A stretch of DNA of 64,000 bases from Octopus sinensis (lineage: Eukaryota), in assembly GCF_006345805.1 (NCBI RefSeq), contig NC_043015.1, positions 5,952,001-6,016,000 of the forward strand, read 5' to 3'. The translations under genes were made by a program, and so were the position numbers. The notes under the pieces were generated by a model, which had not been told where the DNA came from, did not search any database, and was given only the letters and a program-made list of their open reading frames with translations. Positions 55,251-64,000 of the stretch are shown one piece after another. How positions within the stretch are numbered: position 1 is the stretch's first letter; each line of letters starts with the position of its first letter.

Positions 55251-56682
55251 CTATATTCATGTTTGTGTCTGTGTTTGCGACCCACCATCGCTTGACAGCT
55301 GATATTAGCGTAACTCAGCGGTTCGGTAAGTGAAACCAATAGAATAAGTACTAAGCTTACAAAGAATAAATCCTGTGTCGATTTCCTCGACTAAAACAGT
55401 TTGAGGCGGTGCTCCAGCATGGCCGCAGTCAAATGACTGAAACGTGTAAACGAATAAAAGAAAAAGGAACAGAATGCAATGAGAATTTTTTTTGACTTGA
55501 AGAACGTTCATACACCTACGAAGACATTATTGCTACTGAACATATATATACGATTAAATGTCTATATCAATTATAACTCGTCTATCGCTTCGTTTTGTTC
55601 GAAAGTTTGTATCAGAGCAGATTTTATTCTTTAGCAATTAAATACATAACTCACTGAAAGTTCTGGAAATTCGTTTAACTTTACTGAACAATAAACAGAA
55701 AAGTGTAATCGGCTCACATTAAATAATTGCATAGTGCAATTAACTTCCAAGTAAACATGTTATATGCCTTTTCTGAACTGTGTTCGATAACGATCGGAGC
55801 TTTATATCAGAAACTTAAATCCAGACACAGGTTCGATCGAGTTTTACAGCACAGACTCTCATAGATTTTTCTTTCTGTCCTCTTAGTAATTAGTCGTAAG
55901 TGAGTGTTCAAAGCAATCGGATGTTAATCATTCAACATAGATACAAAATTTATGCTGAGGTACTTCACGTGCTTTATCACGTGATTGATTGTTATTTTAT
56001 GGTTTACTTTCTGATTTTTAAAGATGCTTTTTCCGAAATATTCTATTGCCGCGATTCTGAATTCTACCTTCGTTGATAAAGCGAGGCGGCAAATAATTGC
56101 ACAAATTCGTTATATAATGCAATATAATGTAAAAGAGAAGCTGGAATCAAAAATAAAGTTTAGAAAAAGAAAAAAAAAGTAAATAAAAAAAATTCTAACA
56201 AGACCAAGCTTGACTGATGGACAAAAAAGTTGTTACTATATCTCAGAAACCAATATGAATGAAGAAATGTCTGTTATTTTCGATTTTACTGAAGGCATTA
56301 TACATCATTGTATGCCGGGGAAATCTTCTTTTATAGTCTACAGATAATGATTTACAATACAGTTACAATTCCTTTTTTTTTTTCCGAACTCTTTCAATTC
56401 ATATCGAACTACAATTTCACAGAAACATCGAAGCAACAATAACTTTCCTATTTTCAAAACTTACTTCGGCTTCTTTATATTTTGAACGCTATTAACAAAG
56501 TAGTTGGACCGGCAGCATACTATAAGACTGCACAAAGAGACAGAATTGAATAAACTCTTTCTCACTCTTCTTCTGCGTGATACTACTCATTTTCTTGATT
56601 TTTCGTTTGTTTTATCATCGGACTTAAAATACAATGCGATACAATACAAAAGTTTACACACACACATGTATATATAGACGAA

Positions 56683-56735
<53 letters not shown>

Positions 56736-58410
56736 GGAAAGATGCATACGTATGGACATACACAAGCACACACAAATATATATATATATATATATACATA
56801 TGAGAGAAAAAGAGAGACATGTATACGTATACATGCACACATGTATTTGTACGTATATGCATGCTTACACGTTGTAATCTTCCTGCTGCATATACAATGC
56901 ATGGTTTTTATTCACATTGCGTAAAGTTATCTTTCACGCGAAATATATATGTATCCATACAAAATCAATGGATTAATGAGAATAGAAAATGAAAGTAGTC
57001 TAACCTTAAGGCTATATTCTTCTCATAATACATTTTCTATTCGTTGGCATGCCAAGAGTTCATGTACGACAGCATGAACATTGTTGTATGTTATATACCA
57101 TTAGCTAACAATGTAATTGTAAATACTTCTGACTAATTAAATGGAGATTACTTTCCTTTCTTATCACGGGATGCAAGCTAAGTGGATCCCGAGCAAACCG
57201 CTCACTATCTTACAACAAATGCTACAGATCTTACCGACATTAAAACCACTCTGTATAAATGAGCACATGGAAACCAACAGAATAAATATCTGCTTACTAG
57301 ATACATCTACTGTAGATCACTACTTCTTACAGTTCAGCCAATATAAAACTATAAAACTCTAACCTTAATCTCTTTTCATGTTTCATTTGGCAACATGTCG
57401 TCTTTTCTGTTGTGCATATATGCGGGTATGTATGCATGTATGCAAGTAGTTATGCATGCATGTATGTAAGTAGTTATTTATGCATGTAAGTAAGTCCTTA
57501 TGTGTCATGATCTTATATATGTACTTATGTGTGCGAGGGGATGTGTGTGCTATAGTTTGCAGGCATATTGATATCAAGATCAAATTACATTTACTCTCTC
57601 TACGTAATCTAGTCGTTCGTTACTTCACTCATTCATTCATCAATCTATACTTATGTTCGCTTACGCGCACTTTCACTCATACCTACCTATAGATATAATT
57701 ACACTCACTAATATATAACACATGTGTACATACATACATACGCACATACGGACATATGCATATATATTCGTATGCACAAACACACACAAGCACACACACA
57801 CACACACACACACACATTCACCACGTTATTAGCAAATCTGATACAAGCCATAATGGATAAGGGGAAAAAAAGGAGCAATGGATAGTTTTCGTTAGAAGAG
57901 GATTACTCTAAGTGTTGGACAACAACATATAGATTCTGGCAGATATCCAAACAAACACATCAATAAATGCAGCAATCCGCTTTCAGTGTTCTGGTTAGCT
58001 TAACTTCAGTGATGATATTACCAGATCTTGTAATTATAAGACACAATCTAGCAGATTGGATTTCACTACAGTTCCTCTGTACATCTTTCTACTTGCAATT
58101 TGTAACAACCACGTTGTATAAAGCCAAGCAATTTTTTTATCAGATTTCACTGTACGTATATGCATATAGACATGTTCATACACACGGATAGTCGTTCATA
58201 TGCACACATATACGTACACATACATTTGTATACATAAATTAAGACTATCATCTAGAGAAGATGCCATGACAGAAAAAAATTGTACGCTAGGTCTAATTTA
58301 TATGCATATGTACAGATTTACATAGTAGTTATATACGCGCACATATACATACATAAATACGTATATAGTATTTGCGATTGGAGAGAACTTAGTCACTAGC
58401 TTGTGGTTGC

Positions 58411-58454
58411 CTCACACTGAGGACGGATAACATCCAAAAACCTAGGTCTGCGAG
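58411..58454 (+). ncRNA. Decayed minimal type-I hammerhead ribozyme motif
   Basis: Stem I CTCACA/TGCGAG (5 of 6 pairs); intact core CTGAGGA; stem II GGAT-AAC-ATCC; AAAAA in place of GAAA; palindromic stem III ACCTAGGT; predicted cleavage after GTC (58448). Confidence 0.72.
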
Positions 58455-58784
58455 TATCATGTTAGGCTAGAGATGGGAGCGATGACTTCACTTAGAAATG
58501 CTACACGGAAACAAAATGTGCGTTGATAGCCAGCTAAAGATGTTTTCCTGGGGCTAAAACAACAGTAACATCGTCCTTTATAAGACTGCTACATTCTGTT
58601 GGCATATAAACAATGAATGCTCAATATGAGGAATAGAGAGGCAGTCGACAACAGATGAAGGGTTGCTTTCGGTGTTCACTTGTCCAGTTTTCCATTCTTT
58701 TCTCTTGTTTGCGTATCTAACTCGTTTGTTTTCGTACTTCATGTTGCTTACGCAGTAGGTGATGTCCTGTACCCATATATATAC

Positions 58785-58857
<73 letters not shown>

Positions 58858-58878
58858 GTGTGTGTGTGTGTGTGGTGT

Positions 58879-58913
<35 letters not shown>

Positions 58914-60589
58914 TTATCCCATCATTCATTATTTTCCTCTCGTTCTGGTCTAACAACCATCCATGTTTCATTTCGTTCGGTTTCCTTGTATGTCTCCACT
59001 GACCTGATTTTGTTCCCAACTTTGACCCTTCAAAAATCACAAATTTTTTTTTTAGAATTTATGGGAGCAACTGTCTTTGAAGACTCATATTATCGTTGAA
59101 TGCTCGAAACGAAGAGTAGATAGACTTAGCAGTTCATCAAAAGATATCAGTGGCAAAAGTTCCAGAGTCAATAAATGCTGAGGTCGATTTATTCGACTAA
59201 ACACTTCAACGCGTGGCCCCAGCATGGCTTTTGTTCAATGAATGAAAGAAGCAAAATATAGAAACAGCCAGCCGTCTAATTGGTTAGAGACAGGAAGTCT
59301 AATTTGCCTTTCCCTATTGCGCTCAGTTGCATTACTGCTTTTTTTTTATTATTACATATCGGACTATAAGTCTACCGTATAGTGTCAGATGCGCTGTTGA
59401 AGTTGTAAAACTAATAAAGCCGTTGAAAAATACGTCACGTTTTGTTAAGATTTTAGGTTTGTCTCCTCTAAAAAGGGATATTCTATCAGAAACACCGCGC
59501 CTGTAAATTTGATGTCATATAGTTTGTCTTAGCAAAATAAAACAAAAAATGTTCTTGGTTTAAGTTTTTGTTTACGACATAATAGGCTTGGTACTCATGG
59601 ACACACTGTCATGTAAATATTCACATCAGCTTAGTCTTTTATTCATTAGTATTTTCATGTAGTTAAGTTAGGAAAGAGACAAAACTACTTGATGTGTGTT
59701 TGCGTTTCATTAGGTAGCAAATGAACTGTCTTCGTGAGTATTTACGTCTAATAAAGAGATCTAGCATAGTGTACTTAATAAACTAGACAGTGAGTACAAG
59801 ACTATTTGTAAAGAGCTTAATTTAATGATTATGAATGCAGAATTAAACATTGACTAAGCAGGCACAACTTCTTTAACATCAATGTACAAAGCTAACAGCG
59901 GAACAAATATCTCGAAAGTAAACCGTATGCATTAATGTAATATACTCATTTACTACACATACATCCCAAGGCCTTATTCTAACTTGCACGGGTTGAAATA
60001 ATCGAATAACGTTTGCTCAACAATGTAATCAACTGGAGATAGAAAGGGAGGAATTCTTTTCAAATTATATAGAATCGGAGAATTCAATGCTGATAACAAG
60101 TTTGCTAGCTCTAAGTATGTATGTAAACATATCGGCATTAAGGTAGCACACGCAAACGCGCAAAGTTGAATGTAAATGTTTGCTAAGAAAGGAATGCACA
60201 TTCGAACAAATAATCGATGTGTGCGTGCGTGTGTGTGTGTGTGTGTGTAAGTGTGTGCGTGTGTGTGTGTGTGTGTGTGTATGTGTGTGTGTGTGTGCGT
60301 GCGTGAACGCGGGAGCGCGCACACACATGTATATGACCAACACGCGTGGACACAGTCACTGCAATGGGCCATGATGGGTCATGTGTTTCAGGGTCATTGT
60401 CTGAATCATATCGTATTCAGTATATATCCCTGTTTGGCGAATATTACATCGCTCTGTAGTTTACCTATTGGCCATATTATCATTATCACACAATGCAGGG
60501 CTTTGAGGTCCTTATGTTTGAAGTTCCTACGCAATTTAAAGTTGAACGAAGCTTAATCAAATTGATATTAAATAATATATATACAGAGA

Positions 60590-60700
60590 AGCAGGTGTGG
60601 TAAGAAGCTTGCTTCCTAACCACATGGTTACTCAAGTGTCTTTTACTAGGCTCGACCAAAACCAAATCCGACGGAATCTGAAAGAAGCTAATCGTATATA
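60590..60700 (+). mobile_element. Family B SINE 5' part (internally deleted) preceding the (TA)n that hosts the PLE
   Basis: gtgtggtaagaagcttgcttcctaaccacatggtt..ctgaaagaagc..gtatata. Confidence 0.7.
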
Positions 60701-60720
60701 TATATTATATATATATATAA

Positions 60721-60782
<62 letters not shown>

Positions 60783-60912
60783 TCCTTCTTCCCTTCTTTC
60801 ATGAGCGTCCAATAATACTTTATTTCTTCCACGTCCTCGCGTTGTTGTGTTTTTTGTTTTTTTTGTTTTCTTGTTTGGATTAACTATATATATATATATA
60901 TATATATATAAG

Positions 60913-61018
60913 ATTATTGGTGAATTGAAGAAATGGAGCTGAACGCAGATTGAACAGAAATCGTTTTATTTCATTCTACACGTGTTTCGAAAGGCACAAA
61001 TTACCAAAATCCGATTGA
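60913..61018 (-). repeat. 106-bp copy of the 54558-54663 sequence abutting the 5' side of the PLE ORF
   Basis: Base-by-base identical over 106 nt; joined without spacer to the PLE body at 61019. Confidence 0.9.
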
Positions 61019-63651
61019 ATAATGGGACCATATTGTGTCTTTCTCTTCAGGAAGAAAATAGGAAATCCGTTGGAAAGACAAAAACAGAACAGAGGCGGAG
61101 CTAAAACAAATCGAACTATGCTCCTAAGAGCCCATGGCGAAACTGTTTATCAGTCGTCCTCAAACTTCTTCAGTCTTGGGTTAGGTGGCGGCGTATCCAA
61201 TGTTTTAAAAAGCCGGCCGTATTCGGACGATGCTGTTGTCCGGTTCGATTTTAGTTAGAAAGATTAAGTTCAGGAAGTCACCCAGGAGAAATGCCCACCT
61301 CAGATACCTAGATAAAATTACCAAGGACATTAATAGAACGGACGGAGTCCTGGTCCAGTCCGACAAGACCAGGAGCACATACAAGATGCCCATTAAGCAG
61401 TACCTAGATTTACTCGGTAAAGAGATCAAGAAAAATTATAGAAAACCCAATTGGAGTACCCTGAGGAAGGTAAACTTGGAAATTAAGGAAATAATATTTA
61501 AACACCGAATTCAAATGAGAACTCAGCCGCTTAGCCCTAAGCAACCCAGATTTATAGTGAAGGACCATAAACCGAACTTCCACACCAACCCAGCGCTAAG
61601 ACTCATATGCCCTGCTAGATCTGATATCGGGATAATCAGTAAGTACATTTTAGATAAATATATCCCTAGTTTAGTAAAAAGCTAAAGCTCAGCCTCTGGG
61701 CCAACTCCTCGCAGGTAGTGAAGTGGTTCTCTTCCATCCCCAATAAGAACCGTACTAGGTTCATTCAGTTTGATATCGCCAGCTTCTACCCCTCGATTAA
61801 CCCTAGTGTGCTAAATAAGGCCCTCTGGCATGCTCACAACAAGGCTGGCCTCACCAGAGAAGAGATAGATATCATTTTAGTTGCCAGGAAATCGTTTATT
61901 AAGTTTGATAATAAGTTGTGGATCCGTAAAGATACTCCCAATGAATTTGATGTGCCTATGGGTAGTTCGGATAGTGCGCAGATAGCCGATTTGGTCGGAA
62001 TATATATTCTCTACGAATTGTCCGACCAATTCCCGGAGATCGCGGGCGGCCTGTATCGTGACGATTGTCTGTTTTACCTGCAAAACACCACGAACAGAAT
62101 AGTGCAGAAAACTAAGAGCAGGTTAGCTAGGTTTTTTAATAGAATGGGCATGAGTATAGTTTTTGATAATGAACTCACCAAGGCTAATTTCCTAGACGTT
62201 ACACTTAACCTTAATAGCGACTCATACTGCCCTTACCATAAGCCTTCCACTAATTTGAAGTATGTCAGTGTCTTCTCAAATCATGCCAAAACCGTAACAG
62301 ACAATTTGGTTAAAAACATCTCTCTAAGATTGTCTGGCTTGTCCGCCAGTGCCGATATTTTATGCAGAAAGCGGAATTTTATAACGCCGCACTATCCAAG
62401 GCCGGTTATAGGCAGAAGGTAATTTATATTGATCCGGCCCTTCCGATGCCTCATTCGGTCATCAGGATAGGGCCGTATATAATAACATTAACATTTTAAG
62501 TAAGGACGGGAGCGCGGCGGATGCCGGGGTAGTCGCTCCCGCTTAATTTAGCGAACAAGGATAATTATCGGTCCGGAGGTCTTACACTAACCCAAGACCC
62601 GTTATTCATCCGAGAATCACCCACCCGAACGCGAGAGCTGGCGTCCCGACCCATCACACTGATAGGAATAAGCATATATGGTTTGTAATCCCCTTTGGTA
62701 AGCAGATTAGAACTAACCTCCCCCTCATGTTTAGACAAGCAATCGCCAATAACTTCCCCAGAAATTCCAAATATTACTCCACGGTTAACTCGCATAAAGT
62801 TAGGATAGCTTTCTCCAACACTAAAAACCTCGCCCAGATAATCGCCTCCCATAATAATAGGCTACTTACTAAGACCCTATCACCTTTTTCCGGAGGCACA
62901 GCCTCTTCCGCTCCCGGTTAATTGCTCAGTAGGAATAATTATAGTAGTAATAATGATATGAGAGCCAGTACAGTGACATAATCTCAACTCCAGCCAGGGA
63001 GTACCCACTAGGGGTATAGTTATAAATAGGGGTGTTGTGGTTGACGGTAACAATGGGAGTAGGGTAGAGAGCCCCAATAGCATCCCCAGCATCATTTCCC
63101 GCAATAGCAGTACCACGGGCAGTAGCAATGACAGCACTCTGATAGATAGTGGAGAATCAGGGGTTATTCCTATAGTTAATAGTGACGTAGTGGAAAATAG
63201 AGTAGTAAGCGGCTGCAAGTCTCGGAACGAATATAGTGACAGGAACGCAGTTCTAATTTCAGACACTAATCCTAGCAGAATAAGATTCACGTCGGCGAAC
63301 TCCAAGATCAAAAACGCCGTCTACCAATGCAAGGTTTACACGGACTCAGATGTCTTCACTTATGTAGGGGCCTCATCCTCAAGATTGTCTTTGCGTGTCT
63401 CCAACCATTACGCAACTTTTCGAGACATGAACAAGCGCCAGACCACGGGACTCAGTAAGCTAATATGGCGACTGAAGGATACGAACTTAAGCTACAGGCT
63501 GGAATGGTCAATTTTGTCGGTGGCCCTCCCATTTGATAGGGGCAGAAGGCAGTGCAACCTTTGTGTCTCCGAACTCTTCCATATTTTGTTTGCCAGAGGC
63601 CGGATGGTAAACGGGCTTTTACAGTCGGCGTTACACTTATCTGGCTTTTAA
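61019..63651 (+). mobile_element. Penelope-like retroelement (PLE), disrupted ORF: reverse transcriptase plus C-terminal GIY-YIG endonuclease
   Basis: ORF pieces 61230-61685, 61718-62422, 62565-62921 and 63037-63651 join into one PLE-type protein: SDKTRSTY, VKDHKPNF..P.LRLI.P.RSDIG.ISK, LWANSSQVVKWF, FIQFDIASFYPSI, FDVPMGSSDSAQ, GLYRDD (62054-62065), NFLDVTLNL, PYHKP, SNH, FYNAALSKAGY, HIWFVIPF, IIASHN. The EN then reads AVYQCKV..YVG..R.RVSNH..T.LSKLIWRLKD..EWSIL..CNLCVSE. About five frameshifts and at least three TAA stops. Confidence 0.92.
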
Positions 63652-64000
63652 ATAGCGTTTATAAATAATACCGGCACCCATAGCCCTTGGTAACAAATTC
63701 TGAAATAGCCTTTAAGATATCTACGATTAACCACTGCAAGGGGAATTACTCCTGTAAGACAAACGGGGCTTGGTTTTTTCACAGCGGGGGGTTTCCTTGA
63801 CAAGGCAGGCTTAGATGAACACACACACACATAAAACATAATATATATATTTTTTTTTCTGCCACCCAACGGTTCTCGCAGCAGTAGCCACTGACAGCCG
63901 AACGATCAAACGCACACACGTACACAAAAAATGTTTTCTACCCCTACGCCAACACACACATATATAGAACAGTATACACACACACACGTCTCTAAGTAGA

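Larger units (their letters stand above)
54420..55465 (+). mobile_element. Family B SINE split by insertions in its internal (TA)n
   Basis: Head and CORE-like part at 54420-54530; 3' part at 55260-55465; two PLE-like units in between. Confidence 0.72.

Noticed and set aside
59064-59120. Possible hammerhead relic TTGAAGA..GCTCGAAACG (similar weak hits near 24812 and 49144)
   Set aside because: Stem II does not pair and several core changes are needed; below my threshold.
62544-62980. Selenocysteine or readthrough recoding of the PLE ORF
   Set aside because: The stops in the best frame are TAA, not TGA, and are accompanied by frameshifts.
62880-63311. 143-aa hydrophobic antisense ORF
   Set aside because: Mirror of the S/N-rich PLE linker; no independent evidence.

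Overview
AT-rich (roughly 30% GC by eye), microsatellite-saturated animal genomic DNA. The SINE families and (TA)n load point to an octopus or other coleoid cephalopod (inference; no database search was possible). The only host coding sequence I can support is one 186-bp minus-strand exon (28807-28992) of a neuroligin-type, catalytically dead cholinesterase-fold gene. No other exon was recognised, so most or all of the window is probably very large introns. The rest is mobile DNA: three tRNA-derived SINE families (many with clean target-site duplications, several as dimers or nested), four Tc1/mariner derivatives plus a MITE, an RTE LINE 3' end, and a disrupted Penelope-like element (RT plus C-terminal GIY-YIG) at 61-63.7 kb. 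The main hidden signal is a set of short, mostly microsatellite-embedded units carrying minimal type-I hammerhead ribozyme folds with palindromic stem III. There are four near-complete motifs of unrelated sequence plus several halves, all with core lesions. Also notable: an 824-bp-period element with 200-bp direct repeats, a 57-bp-stem hairpin and a perfect DR1 site. Nearly all ORFs in the supplied track are microsatellite artefacts.
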